Positions 22,201 through 35,081 of a DNA stretch of 43,173 nt are shown piece after piece. The notes beneath the pieces were generated by a model that did no database searches, was not told the origin of the DNA, and worked only from the letters and a program-made list of their open reading frames with translations. How positions within the stretch are numbered: the first letter of the stretch is position 1; every line of letters starts with the position of its first letter. Location of the stretch: NCBI GenBank assembly GCA_000004985.1, contig GG738968.1; one strand, given 5' to 3'. A program made the translations under genes and the position numbers. The stretch comes from Naegleria gruberi. Lineage: Eukaryota.

Positions 22201-25200
22201 NNNNNNNNNNNNNNNNNNNNNNNNNNNNNNNNNNNNNNNNNNNNNNNNNNNNNNNNNNNNNNNNNNNNNNNNNNNNNNNNNNNNNNNNNNNNNNNNNNNN
22301 NNNNNNNNNNNNNNNNNNNNNNNNNNNNNNNNNNNNNNNNNNNNNNNNNNNNNNNNNNNNNNNNNNNNNNNNNNNNNNNNNNNNNNNNNNNNNNNNNNNN
22401 NNNNNNNNNNNNNNNNNNNNNNNNNNNNNNNNNNNNNNNNNNNNNNNNNNNNNNNNNNNNNNNNNNNNNNNNNNNNNNNNNNNNNNNNNNNNNNNNNNNN
22501 NNNNNNNNNNNNNNNNNNNNNNNNNNNNNNNNNNNNNNNNNNNNNNNNNNNNNNNNNNNNNNNNNNNNNNNNNNNNNNNNNNNNNNNNNNNNNNNNNNNN
22601 NNNNNNNNNNNNNNNNNNNNNNNNNNNNNNNNNNNNNNNNNNNNNNNNNNNNNNNNNNNNNNNNNNNNNNNNNNNNNNNNNNNNNNNNNNNNNNNNNNNN
22701 NNNNNNNNNNNNNNNNNNNNNNNNNNNNNNNNNNNNNNNNNNNNNNNNNNNNNNNNNNNNNNNNNNNNNNNNNNNNNNNNNNNNNNNNNNNNNNNNNNNN
22801 NNNNNNNNNNNNNNNNNNNNNNNNNNNNNNNNNNNNNNNNNNNNNNNNNNNNNNNNNNNNNNNNNNNNNNNNNNNNNNNNNNNNNNNNNNNNNNNNNNNN
22901 NNNNNNNNNNNNNNNNNNNNNNNNNNNNNNNNNNNNNNNNNNNNNNNNNNNNNNNNNNNNNNNNNNNNNNNNNNNNNNNNNNNNNNNNNNNNNNNNNNNN
23001 NNNNNNNNNNNNNNNNNNNNNNNNNNNNNNNNNNNNNNNNNNNNNNNNNNNNNNNNNNNNNNNNNNNNNNNNNNNNNNNNNNNNNNNNNNNNNNNNNNNN
23101 NNNNNNNNNNNNNNNNNNNNNNNNNNNNNNNNNNNNNNNNNNNNNNNNNNNNNNNNNNNNNNNNNNNNNNNNNNNNNNNNNNNNNNNNNNNNNNNNNNNN
23201 NNNNNNNNNNNNNNNNNNNNNNNNNNNNNNNNNNNNNNNNNNNNNNNNNNNNNNNNNNNNNNNNNNNNNNNNNNNNNNNNNNNNNNNNNNNNNNNNNNNN
23301 NNNNNNNNNNNNNNNNNNNNNNNNNNNNNNNNNNNNNNNNNNNNNNNNNNNNNNNNNNNNNNNNNNNNNNNNNNNNNNNNNNNNNNNNNNNNNNNNNNNN
23401 NNNNNNNNNNNNNNNNNNNNNNNNNNNNNNNNNNNNNNNNNNNNNNNNNNNNNNNNNNNNNNNNNNNNNNNNNNNNNNNNNNNNNNNNNNNNNNNNNNNN
23501 NNNNNNNNNNNNNNNNNNNNNNNNNNNNNNNNNNNNNNNNNNNNNNNNNNNNNNNNNNNNNNNNNNNNNNNNNNNNNNNNNNNNNNNNNNNNNNNNNNNN
23601 NNNNNNNNNNNNNNNNNNNNNNNNNNNNNNNNNNNNNNNNNNNNNNNNNNNNNNNNNNNNNNNNNNNNNNNNNNNNNNNNNNNNNNNNNNNNNNNNNNNN
23701 NNNNNNNNNNNNNNNNNNNNNNNNNNNNNNNNNNNNNNNNNNNNNNNNNNNNNNNNNNNNNNNNNNNNNNNNNNNNNNNNNNNNNNNNNNNNNNNNNNNN
23801 NNNNNNNNNNNNNNNNNNNNNNNNNNNNNNNNNNNNNNNNNNNNNNNNNNNNNNNNNNNNNNNNNNNNNNNNNNNNNNNNNNNNNNNNNNNNNNNNNNNN
23901 NNNNNNNNNNNNNNNNNNNNNNNNNNNNNNNNNNNNNNNNNNNNNNNNNNNNNNNNNNNNNNNNNNNNNNNNNNNNNNNNNNNNNNNNNNNNNNNNNNNN
24001 NNNNNNNNNNNNNNNNNNNNNNNNNNNNNNNNNNNNNNNNNNNNNNNNNNNNNNNNNNNNNNNNNNNNNNNNNNNNNNNNNNNNNNNNNNNNNNNNNNNN
24101 NNNNNNNNNNNNNNNNNNNNNNNNNNNNNNNNNNNNNNNNNNNNNNNNNNNNNNNNNNNNNNNNNNNNNNNNNNNNNNNNNNNNNNNNNNNNNNNNNNNN
24201 NNNNNNNNNNNNNNNNNNNNNNNNNNNNNNNNNNNNNNNNNNNNNNNNNNNNNNNNNNNNNNNNNNNNNNNNNNNNNNNNNNNNNNNNNNNNNNNNNNNN
24301 NNNNNNNNNNNNNNNNNNNNNNNNNNNNNNNNNNNNNNNNNNNNNNNNNNNNNNNNNNNNNNNNNNNNNNNNNNNNNNNNNNNNNNNNNNNNNNNNNNNN
24401 NNNNNNNNNNNNNNNNNNNNNNNNNNNNNNNNNNNNNNNNNNNNNNNNNNNNNNNNNNNNNNNNNNNNNNNNNNNNNNNNNNNNNNNNNNNNNNNNNNNN
24501 NNNNNNNNNNNNNNNNNNNNNNNNNNNNNNNNNNNNNNNNNNNNNNNNNNNNNNNNNNNNNNNNNNNNNNNNNNNNNNNNNNNNNNNNNNNNNNNNNNNN
24601 NNNNNNNNNNNNNNNNNNNNNNNNNNNNNNNNNNNNNNNNNNNNNNNNNNNNNNNNNNNNNNNNNNNNNNNNNNNNNNNNNNNNNNNNNNNNNNNNNNNN
24701 NNNNNNNNNNNNNNNNNNNNNNNNNNNNNNNNNNNNNNNNNNNNNNNNNNNNNNNNNNNNNNNNNNNNNNNNNNNNNNNNNNNNNNNNNNNNNNNNNNNN
24801 NNNNNNNNNNNNNNNNNNNNNNNNNNNNNNNNNNNNNNNNNNNNNNNNNNNNNNNNNNNNNNNNNNNNNNNNNNNNNNNNNNNNNNNNNNNNNNNNNNNN
24901 NNNNNNNNNNNNNNNNNNNNNNNNNNNNNNNNNNNNNNNNNNNNNNNNNNNNNNNNNNNNNNNNNNNNNNNNNNNNNNNNNNNNNNNNNNNNNNNNNNNN
25001 NNNNNNNNNNNNNNNNNNNNNNNNNNNNNNNNNNNNNNNNNNNNNNNNNNNNNNNNNNNNNNNNNNNNNNNNNNNNNNNNNNNNNNNNNNNNNNNNNNNN
25101 NNNNNNNNNNNNNNNNNNNNNNNNNNNNNNNNNNNNNNNNNNNNNNNNNNNNNNNNNNNNNNNNNNNNNNNNNNNNNNNNNNNNNNNNNNNNNNNNNNNN

Positions 25201-28200
25201 NNNNNNNNNNNNNNNNNNNNNNNNNNNNNNNNNNNNNNNNNNNNNNNNNNNNNNNNNNNNNNNNNNNNNNNNNNNNNNNNNNNNNNNNNNNNNNNNNNNN
25301 NNNNNNNNNNNNNNNNNNNNNNNNNNNNNNNNNNNNNNNNNNNNNNNNNNNNNNNNNNNNNNNNNNNNNNNNNNNNNNNNNNNNNNNNNNNNNNNNNNNN
25401 NNNNNNNNNNNNNNNNNNNNNNNNNNNNNNNNNNNNNNNNNNNNNNNNNNNNNNNNNNNNNNNNNNNNNNNNNNNNNNNNNNNNNNNNNNNNNNNNNNNN
25501 NNNNNNNNNNNNNNNNNNNNNNNNNNNNNNNNNNNNNNNNNNNNNNNNNNNNNNNNNNNNNNNNNNNNNNNNNNNNNNNNNNNNNNNNNNNNNNNNNNNN
25601 NNNNNNNNNNNNNNNNNNNNNNNNNNNNNNNNNNNNNNNNNNNNNNNNNNNNNNNNNNNNNNNNNNNNNNNNNNNNNNNNNNNNNNNNNNNNNNNNNNNN
25701 NNNNNNNNNNNNNNNNNNNNNNNNNNNNNNNNNNNNNNNNNNNNNNNNNNNNNNNNNNNNNNNNNNNNNNNNNNNNNNNNNNNNNNNNNNNNNNNNNNNN
25801 NNNNNNNNNNNNNNNNNNNNNNNNNNNNNNNNNNNNNNNNNNNNNNNNNNNNNNNNNNNNNNNNNNNNNNNNNNNNNNNNNNNNNNNNNNNNNNNNNNNN
25901 NNNNNNNNNNNNNNNNNNNNNNNNNNNNNNNNNNNNNNNNNNNNNNNNNNNNNNNNNNNNNNNNNNNNNNNNNNNNNNNNNNNNNNNNNNNNNNNNNNNN
26001 NNNNNNNNNNNNNNNNNNNNNNNNNNNNNNNNNNNNNNNNNNNNNNNNNNNNNNNNNNNNNNNNNNNNNNNNNNNNNNNNNNNNNNNNNNNNNNNNNNNN
26101 NNNNNNNNNNNNNNNNNNNNNNNNNNNNNNNNNNNNNNNNNNNNNNNNNNNNNNNNNNNNNNNNNNNNNNNNNNNNNNNNNNNNNNNNNNNNNNNNNNNN
26201 NNNNNNNNNNNNNNNNNNNNNNNNNNNNNNNNNNNNNNNNNNNNNNNNNNNNNNNNNNNNNNNNNNNNNNNNNNNNNNNNNNNNNNNNNNNNNNNNNNNN
26301 NNNNNNNNNNNNNNNNNNNNNNNNNNNNNNNNNNNNNNNNNNNNNNNNNNNNNNNNNNNNNNNNNNNNNNNNNNNNNNNNNNNNNNNNNNNNNNNNNNNN
26401 NNNNNNNNNNNNNNNNNNNNNNNNNNNNNNNNNNNNNNNNNNNNNNNNNNNNNNNNNNNNNNNNNNNNNNNNNNNNNNNNNNNNNNNNNNNNNNNNNNNN
26501 NNNNNNNNNNNNNNNNNNNNNNNNNNNNNNNNNNNNNNNNNNNNNNNNNNNNNNNNNNNNNNNNNNNNNNNNNNNNNNNNNNNNNNNNNNNNNNNNNNNN
26601 NNNNNNNNNNNNNNNNNNNNNNNNNNNNNNNNNNNNNNNNNNNNNNNNNNNNNNNNNNNNNNNNNNNNNNNNNNNNNNNNNNNNNNNNNNNNNNNNNNNN
26701 NNNNNNNNNNNNNNNNNNNNNNNNNNNNNNNNNNNNNNNNNNNNNNNNNNNNNNNNNNNNNNNNNNNNNNNNNNNNNNNNNNNNNNNNNNNNNNNNNNNN
26801 NNNNNNNNNNNNNNNNNNNNNNNNNNNNNNNNNNNNNNNNNNNNNNNNNNNNNNNNNNNNNNNNNNNNNNNNNNNNNNNNNNNNNNNNNNNNNNNNNNNN
26901 NNNNNNNNNNNNNNNNNNNNNNNNNNNNNNNNNNNNNNNNNNNNNNNNNNNNNNNNNNNNNNNNNNNNNNNNNNNNNNNNNNNNNNNNNNNNNNNNNNNN
27001 NNNNNNNNNNNNNNNNNNNNNNNNNNNNNNNNNNNNNNNNNNNNNNNNNNNNNNNNNNNNNNNNNNNNNNNNNNNNNNNNNNNNNNNNNNNNNNNNNNNN
27101 NNNNNNNNNNNNNNNNNNNNNNNNNNNNNNNNNNNNNNNNNNNNNNNNNNNNNNNNNNNNNNNNNNNNNNNNNNNNNNNNNNNNNNNNNNNNNNNNNNNN
27201 NNNNNNNNNNNNNNNNNNNNNNNNNNNNNNNNNNNNNNNNNNNNNNNNNNNNNNNNNNNNNNNNNNNNNNNNNNNNNNNNNNNNNNNNNNNNNNNNNNNN
27301 NNNNNNNNNNNNNNNNNNNNNNNNNNNNNNNNNNNNNNNNNNNNNNNNNNNNNNNNNNNNNNNNNNNNNNNNNNNNNNNNNNNNNNNNNNNNNNNNNNNN
27401 NNNNNNNNNNNNNNNNNNNNNNNNNNNNNNNNNNNNNNNNNNNNNNNNNNNNNNNNNNNNNNNNNNNNNNNNNNNNNNNNNNNNNNNNNNNNNNNNNNNN
27501 NNNNNNNNNNNNNNNNNNNNNNNNNNNNNNNNNNNNNNNNNNNNNNNNNNNNNNNNNNNNNNNNNNNNNNNNNNNNNNNNNNNNNNNNNNNNNNNNNNNN
27601 NNNNNNNNNNNNNNNNNNNNNNNNNNNNNNNNNNNNNNNNNNNNNNNNNNNNNNNNNNNNNNNNNNNNNNNNNNNNNNNNNNNNNNNNNNNNNNNNNNNN
27701 NNNNNNNNNNNNNNNNNNNNNNNNNNNNNNNNNNNNNNNNNNNNNNNNNNNNNNNNNNNNNNNNNNNNNNNNNNNNNNNNNNNNNNNNNNNNNNNNNNNN
27801 NNNNNNNNNNNNNNNNNNNNNNNNNNNNNNNNNNNNNNNNNNNNNNNNNNNNNNNNNNNNNNNNNNNNNNNNNNNNNNNNNNNNNNNNNNNNNNNNNNNN
27901 NNNNNNNNNNNNNNNNNNNNNNNNNNNNNNNNNNNNNNNNNNNNNNNNNNNNNNNNNNNNNNNNNNNNNNNNNNNNNNNNNNNNNNNNNNNNNNNNNNNN
28001 NNNNNNNNNNNNNNNNNNNNNNNNNNNNNNNNNNNNNNNNNNNNNNNNNNNNNNNNNNNNNNNNNNNNNNNNNNNNNNNNNNNNNNNNNNNNNNNNNNNN
28101 NNNNNNNNNNNNNNNNNNNNNNNNNNNNNNNNNNNNNNNNNNNNNNNNNNNNNNNNNNNNNNNNNNNNNNNNNNNNNNNNNNNNNNNNNNNNNNNNNNNN

Positions 28201-28876
28201 NNNNNNNNNNNNNNNNNNNNNNNNNNNNNNNNNNNNNNNNNNNNNNNNNNNNNNNNNNNNNNNNNNNNNNNNNNNNNNNNNNNNNNNNNNNNNNNNNNNN
28301 NNNNNNNNNNNNNNNNNNNNNNNNNNNNNNNNNNNNNNNNNNNNNNNNNNNNNNNNNNNNNNNNNNNNNNNNNNNNNNNNNNNNNNNNNNNNNNNNNNNN
28401 NNNNNNNNNNNNNNNNNNNNNNNNNNNNNNNNNNNNNNNNNNNNNNNNNNNNNNNNNNNNNNNNNNNNNNNNNNNNNNNNNNNNNNNNNNNNNNNNNNNN
28501 NNNNNNNNNNNNNNNNNNNNNNNNNNNNNNNNNNNNNNNNNNNNNNNNNNNNNNNNNNNNNNNNNNNNNNNNNNNNNNNNNNNNNNNNNNNNNNNNNNNN
28601 NNNNNNNNNNNNNNNNNNNNNNNNNNNNNNNNNNNNNNNNNNNNNNNNNNNNNNNNNNNNNNNNNNNNNNNNNNNNNNNNNNNNNNNNNNNNNNNNNNNN
28701 NNNNNNNNNNNNNNNNNNNNNNNNNNNNNNNNNNNNNNNNNNNNNNNNNNNNNNNNNNNNNNNNNNNNNNNNNNNNNNNNNNNNNNNNNNNNNNNNNNNN
28801 NNNNNNNNNNNNNNNNNNNNNNNNNNNNNNNNNNNNNNNNNNNNNNNNNNNNNNNNNNNNNNNNNNNNNNNNNNNN
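1257..28876. other. hard-masked region (27,620 N); content undeterminable
   Basis: Uninterrupted run of n. The 9217-aa ORF at 1244-28897 in the ORF track is an artefact of translating N as X. Confidence 1.
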
Positions 28877-30225
28877 GAATATGGTTATATCATTCACTAG
28901 AATAAATGTTTGTAAACTATATAGTTTGATTTCTAGTGATTGGTCATTAATTTTGCAACCAGGTTCATGCTCCTTATGATAAGTTTACTTTCGAATATAT
29001 ACAATTACAAATGAAAATGGAAATAAAAATTCTCAATTAATTTTGATGTTTGTAATTAATGACAGGTTTTGAGATAATGGTGGGCTAGGAACATATCGAA
29101 AATGATTTTCTTGCCGTTTGCCCTCTTGATGTGTTTTGAAGCCAAGCGTCATCTTTTAAATTTCTAAATTGCAACATGGTAATGTTTCTGTTTGACTAAT
29201 TCAAGGTATTTTCCTCCCTTCTTAATTCTCTTTCCATAATTTGAATCGTACAATGAGCCATCTAGATTTTCATGATTTGCAATTGATACAAAGTCGCTAA
29301 TGCTGGGCCCAAATGCAAAACCTAGTTGTCCTATCTACTTTAATGTCCAACATTTTAGAGGATAGAACGTTTTTTCCCACTAGTAATATCACCATCAAGA
29401 GTTCTTCATCAGATATCTCGAAATCCTTTCTTTTCTTCTGGTTTTTTCAATTTTTTTTTAGAGTCACAGATTTTCTTCTCCCTTAATGAATTATTTCACC
29501 AAGCTTCGAAATTTCTTCTCCAAATTGCTCCATTTTTCATTTTGAATCAACCCATGGTTGGATGTCAGTACAGAGTGCCTTAAAAATCACCTTATTGGTA
29601 TTACTTAATTCCATATCAAGCTGGGAAGGCCTTAATTAATGACAAAGGGCGAAAATGAAAGAAAACTTGATAAGGTGTTCTTTGAACAAAACCACATGTT
29701 CAGGAGCAACGCCCAAACTTGTGTAAGCAATCATTTAATCAAGAACCAACACTCTTACTTTGGGGAGTTCAATATTTACTCAAACATTTATGTAATATTT
29801 CAATACCCATCTATATCCCAAATTTCATTCAAAAATAAAGAGTGAGCACTTGGTATCTTCTTGGAAAAGGACTGGGAGCAACCATCTGTCATTGAGCTCA
29901 GAAAGAAATTCATATTTATTTTCAAATGCCACATCAAAGCATCGAAGGAGATTGGCTTCACACATGATTTTAAGCAATTTGGAAATACAAGTAAAGTGCT
30001 TTATTTTGAAACATCACAAAAAATCAAACAACAATCTTTTAATAATTAGCTGAAGATTGAGCCTTTTCAAATAATATCAAGTCTTTATTCAATAATTGCC
30101 AAATCCTTACAATTTTTATCTCACGATCTGGCAAACATTGAAATTGTTAATTAATCATGATCGATTGTTTAATAGATTGATCAAAAAACAGATTGATTAG
30201 ATGGATTTTAATCGATCAACATGGA
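28877..30225. other. about 1.35-kb stretch with no convincing coding capacity (UTR/intergenic or degraded sequence) between two masked blocks
   Basis: Stop codons in all six frames. Only three short (62-68 aa), mutually overlapping ORFs with no recognisable content. Moderate AT content, pyrimidine-rich tract about 29400-29560. No tRNA-like T-arm (GGTTCGANTCC) found. Confidence 0.4.
30158..30220. repeat. short cluster of GATTGAT / ATCGAT-type motifs (tgatcGATTGttt..aGATTGATc..caGATTGATtagATgGATttt..aATCGATcaac)
   Basis: Direct reading: GATTGAT at 30175-30181 and 30191-30197, GATTG at 30163-30167, palindromic ATCGAT at 30211-30216, GATCGA at 30159-30164, all within about 60 bp immediately abutting the second N run. 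Confidence 0.5.
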
Positions 30226-33200
30226 NNNNNNNNNNNNNNNNNNNNNNNNNNNNNNNNNNNNNNNNNNNNNNNNNNNNNNNNNNNNNNNNNNNNNNNNNNN
30301 NNNNNNNNNNNNNNNNNNNNNNNNNNNNNNNNNNNNNNNNNNNNNNNNNNNNNNNNNNNNNNNNNNNNNNNNNNNNNNNNNNNNNNNNNNNNNNNNNNNN
30401 NNNNNNNNNNNNNNNNNNNNNNNNNNNNNNNNNNNNNNNNNNNNNNNNNNNNNNNNNNNNNNNNNNNNNNNNNNNNNNNNNNNNNNNNNNNNNNNNNNNN
30501 NNNNNNNNNNNNNNNNNNNNNNNNNNNNNNNNNNNNNNNNNNNNNNNNNNNNNNNNNNNNNNNNNNNNNNNNNNNNNNNNNNNNNNNNNNNNNNNNNNNN
30601 NNNNNNNNNNNNNNNNNNNNNNNNNNNNNNNNNNNNNNNNNNNNNNNNNNNNNNNNNNNNNNNNNNNNNNNNNNNNNNNNNNNNNNNNNNNNNNNNNNNN
30701 NNNNNNNNNNNNNNNNNNNNNNNNNNNNNNNNNNNNNNNNNNNNNNNNNNNNNNNNNNNNNNNNNNNNNNNNNNNNNNNNNNNNNNNNNNNNNNNNNNNN
30801 NNNNNNNNNNNNNNNNNNNNNNNNNNNNNNNNNNNNNNNNNNNNNNNNNNNNNNNNNNNNNNNNNNNNNNNNNNNNNNNNNNNNNNNNNNNNNNNNNNNN
30901 NNNNNNNNNNNNNNNNNNNNNNNNNNNNNNNNNNNNNNNNNNNNNNNNNNNNNNNNNNNNNNNNNNNNNNNNNNNNNNNNNNNNNNNNNNNNNNNNNNNN
31001 NNNNNNNNNNNNNNNNNNNNNNNNNNNNNNNNNNNNNNNNNNNNNNNNNNNNNNNNNNNNNNNNNNNNNNNNNNNNNNNNNNNNNNNNNNNNNNNNNNNN
31101 NNNNNNNNNNNNNNNNNNNNNNNNNNNNNNNNNNNNNNNNNNNNNNNNNNNNNNNNNNNNNNNNNNNNNNNNNNNNNNNNNNNNNNNNNNNNNNNNNNNN
31201 NNNNNNNNNNNNNNNNNNNNNNNNNNNNNNNNNNNNNNNNNNNNNNNNNNNNNNNNNNNNNNNNNNNNNNNNNNNNNNNNNNNNNNNNNNNNNNNNNNNN
31301 NNNNNNNNNNNNNNNNNNNNNNNNNNNNNNNNNNNNNNNNNNNNNNNNNNNNNNNNNNNNNNNNNNNNNNNNNNNNNNNNNNNNNNNNNNNNNNNNNNNN
31401 NNNNNNNNNNNNNNNNNNNNNNNNNNNNNNNNNNNNNNNNNNNNNNNNNNNNNNNNNNNNNNNNNNNNNNNNNNNNNNNNNNNNNNNNNNNNNNNNNNNN
31501 NNNNNNNNNNNNNNNNNNNNNNNNNNNNNNNNNNNNNNNNNNNNNNNNNNNNNNNNNNNNNNNNNNNNNNNNNNNNNNNNNNNNNNNNNNNNNNNNNNNN
31601 NNNNNNNNNNNNNNNNNNNNNNNNNNNNNNNNNNNNNNNNNNNNNNNNNNNNNNNNNNNNNNNNNNNNNNNNNNNNNNNNNNNNNNNNNNNNNNNNNNNN
31701 NNNNNNNNNNNNNNNNNNNNNNNNNNNNNNNNNNNNNNNNNNNNNNNNNNNNNNNNNNNNNNNNNNNNNNNNNNNNNNNNNNNNNNNNNNNNNNNNNNNN
31801 NNNNNNNNNNNNNNNNNNNNNNNNNNNNNNNNNNNNNNNNNNNNNNNNNNNNNNNNNNNNNNNNNNNNNNNNNNNNNNNNNNNNNNNNNNNNNNNNNNNN
31901 NNNNNNNNNNNNNNNNNNNNNNNNNNNNNNNNNNNNNNNNNNNNNNNNNNNNNNNNNNNNNNNNNNNNNNNNNNNNNNNNNNNNNNNNNNNNNNNNNNNN
32001 NNNNNNNNNNNNNNNNNNNNNNNNNNNNNNNNNNNNNNNNNNNNNNNNNNNNNNNNNNNNNNNNNNNNNNNNNNNNNNNNNNNNNNNNNNNNNNNNNNNN
32101 NNNNNNNNNNNNNNNNNNNNNNNNNNNNNNNNNNNNNNNNNNNNNNNNNNNNNNNNNNNNNNNNNNNNNNNNNNNNNNNNNNNNNNNNNNNNNNNNNNNN
32201 NNNNNNNNNNNNNNNNNNNNNNNNNNNNNNNNNNNNNNNNNNNNNNNNNNNNNNNNNNNNNNNNNNNNNNNNNNNNNNNNNNNNNNNNNNNNNNNNNNNN
32301 NNNNNNNNNNNNNNNNNNNNNNNNNNNNNNNNNNNNNNNNNNNNNNNNNNNNNNNNNNNNNNNNNNNNNNNNNNNNNNNNNNNNNNNNNNNNNNNNNNNN
32401 NNNNNNNNNNNNNNNNNNNNNNNNNNNNNNNNNNNNNNNNNNNNNNNNNNNNNNNNNNNNNNNNNNNNNNNNNNNNNNNNNNNNNNNNNNNNNNNNNNNN
32501 NNNNNNNNNNNNNNNNNNNNNNNNNNNNNNNNNNNNNNNNNNNNNNNNNNNNNNNNNNNNNNNNNNNNNNNNNNNNNNNNNNNNNNNNNNNNNNNNNNNN
32601 NNNNNNNNNNNNNNNNNNNNNNNNNNNNNNNNNNNNNNNNNNNNNNNNNNNNNNNNNNNNNNNNNNNNNNNNNNNNNNNNNNNNNNNNNNNNNNNNNNNN
32701 NNNNNNNNNNNNNNNNNNNNNNNNNNNNNNNNNNNNNNNNNNNNNNNNNNNNNNNNNNNNNNNNNNNNNNNNNNNNNNNNNNNNNNNNNNNNNNNNNNNN
32801 NNNNNNNNNNNNNNNNNNNNNNNNNNNNNNNNNNNNNNNNNNNNNNNNNNNNNNNNNNNNNNNNNNNNNNNNNNNNNNNNNNNNNNNNNNNNNNNNNNNN
32901 NNNNNNNNNNNNNNNNNNNNNNNNNNNNNNNNNNNNNNNNNNNNNNNNNNNNNNNNNNNNNNNNNNNNNNNNNNNNNNNNNNNNNNNNNNNNNNNNNNNN
33001 NNNNNNNNNNNNNNNNNNNNNNNNNNNNNNNNNNNNNNNNNNNNNNNNNNNNNNNNNNNNNNNNNNNNNNNNNNNNNNNNNNNNNNNNNNNNNNNNNNNN
33101 NNNNNNNNNNNNNNNNNNNNNNNNNNNNNNNNNNNNNNNNNNNNNNNNNNNNNNNNNNNNNNNNNNNNNNNNNNNNNNNNNNNNNNNNNNNNNNNNNNNN

Positions 33201-35081
33201 NNNNNNNNNNNNNNNNNNNNNNNNNNNNNNNNNNNNNNNNNNNNNNNNNNNNNNNNNNNNNNNNNNNNNNNNNNNNNNNNNNNNNNNNNNNNNNNNNNNN
33301 NNNNNNNNNNNNNNNNNNNNNNNNNNNNNNNNNNNNNNNNNNNNNNNNNNNNNNNNNNNNNNNNNNNNNNNNNNNNNNNNNNNNNNNNNNNNNNNNNNNN
33401 NNNNNNNNNNNNNNNNNNNNNNNNNNNNNNNNNNNNNNNNNNNNNNNNNNNNNNNNNNNNNNNNNNNNNNNNNNNNNNNNNNNNNNNNNNNNNNNNNNNN
33501 NNNNNNNNNNNNNNNNNNNNNNNNNNNNNNNNNNNNNNNNNNNNNNNNNNNNNNNNNNNNNNNNNNNNNNNNNNNNNNNNNNNNNNNNNNNNNNNNNNNN
33601 NNNNNNNNNNNNNNNNNNNNNNNNNNNNNNNNNNNNNNNNNNNNNNNNNNNNNNNNNNNNNNNNNNNNNNNNNNNNNNNNNNNNNNNNNNNNNNNNNNNN
33701 NNNNNNNNNNNNNNNNNNNNNNNNNNNNNNNNNNNNNNNNNNNNNNNNNNNNNNNNNNNNNNNNNNNNNNNNNNNNNNNNNNNNNNNNNNNNNNNNNNNN
33801 NNNNNNNNNNNNNNNNNNNNNNNNNNNNNNNNNNNNNNNNNNNNNNNNNNNNNNNNNNNNNNNNNNNNNNNNNNNNNNNNNNNNNNNNNNNNNNNNNNNN
33901 NNNNNNNNNNNNNNNNNNNNNNNNNNNNNNNNNNNNNNNNNNNNNNNNNNNNNNNNNNNNNNNNNNNNNNNNNNNNNNNNNNNNNNNNNNNNNNNNNNNN
34001 NNNNNNNNNNNNNNNNNNNNNNNNNNNNNNNNNNNNNNNNNNNNNNNNNNNNNNNNNNNNNNNNNNNNNNNNNNNNNNNNNNNNNNNNNNNNNNNNNNNN
34101 NNNNNNNNNNNNNNNNNNNNNNNNNNNNNNNNNNNNNNNNNNNNNNNNNNNNNNNNNNNNNNNNNNNNNNNNNNNNNNNNNNNNNNNNNNNNNNNNNNNN
34201 NNNNNNNNNNNNNNNNNNNNNNNNNNNNNNNNNNNNNNNNNNNNNNNNNNNNNNNNNNNNNNNNNNNNNNNNNNNNNNNNNNNNNNNNNNNNNNNNNNNN
34301 NNNNNNNNNNNNNNNNNNNNNNNNNNNNNNNNNNNNNNNNNNNNNNNNNNNNNNNNNNNNNNNNNNNNNNNNNNNNNNNNNNNNNNNNNNNNNNNNNNNN
34401 NNNNNNNNNNNNNNNNNNNNNNNNNNNNNNNNNNNNNNNNNNNNNNNNNNNNNNNNNNNNNNNNNNNNNNNNNNNNNNNNNNNNNNNNNNNNNNNNNNNN
34501 NNNNNNNNNNNNNNNNNNNNNNNNNNNNNNNNNNNNNNNNNNNNNNNNNNNNNNNNNNNNNNNNNNNNNNNNNNNNNNNNNNNNNNNNNNNNNNNNNNNN
34601 NNNNNNNNNNNNNNNNNNNNNNNNNNNNNNNNNNNNNNNNNNNNNNNNNNNNNNNNNNNNNNNNNNNNNNNNNNNNNNNNNNNNNNNNNNNNNNNNNNNN
34701 NNNNNNNNNNNNNNNNNNNNNNNNNNNNNNNNNNNNNNNNNNNNNNNNNNNNNNNNNNNNNNNNNNNNNNNNNNNNNNNNNNNNNNNNNNNNNNNNNNNN
34801 NNNNNNNNNNNNNNNNNNNNNNNNNNNNNNNNNNNNNNNNNNNNNNNNNNNNNNNNNNNNNNNNNNNNNNNNNNNNNNNNNNNNNNNNNNNNNNNNNNNN
34901 NNNNNNNNNNNNNNNNNNNNNNNNNNNNNNNNNNNNNNNNNNNNNNNNNNNNNNNNNNNNNNNNNNNNNNNNNNNNNNNNNNNNNNNNNNNNNNNNNNNN
35001 NNNNNNNNNNNNNNNNNNNNNNNNNNNNNNNNNNNNNNNNNNNNNNNNNNNNNNNNNNNNNNNNNNNNNNNNNNNNNNNNN
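30226..35081. other. hard-masked region (4,856 N); content undeterminable
   Basis: Run of n. All X-filled ORFs spanning it in the ORF track are artefacts. Confidence 1.

Noticed and set aside
1244-28897. 9217-aa minus-strand ORF in the ORF track
   Set aside because: It consists entirely of X translated from N, with only MNDITIF and AIY at the ends being real sequence. It is an artefact of the mask.
28914-28927. 14-bp perfect palindrome aaactatatagttt
   Set aside because: Palindromes of this length are expected by chance in AT-rich DNA. No flanking structure suggests a TIR, an origin or an operator.
28980-29520. tRNA search (ttcgaa occurrences at about 28985 and about 29505 as possible T-arms)
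   Set aside because: Neither site has the GGTTCGANTCC context or a flanking acceptor/anticodon stem arrangement. No tRNA is supportable.
29639-30053. Three short plus-strand ORFs (68, 67 and 62 aa), two of them overlapping in different frames
   Set aside because: No recognisable motifs and composition like the surrounding non-coding DNA. Overlapping open frames are more consistent with locally low stop density than with a gene.
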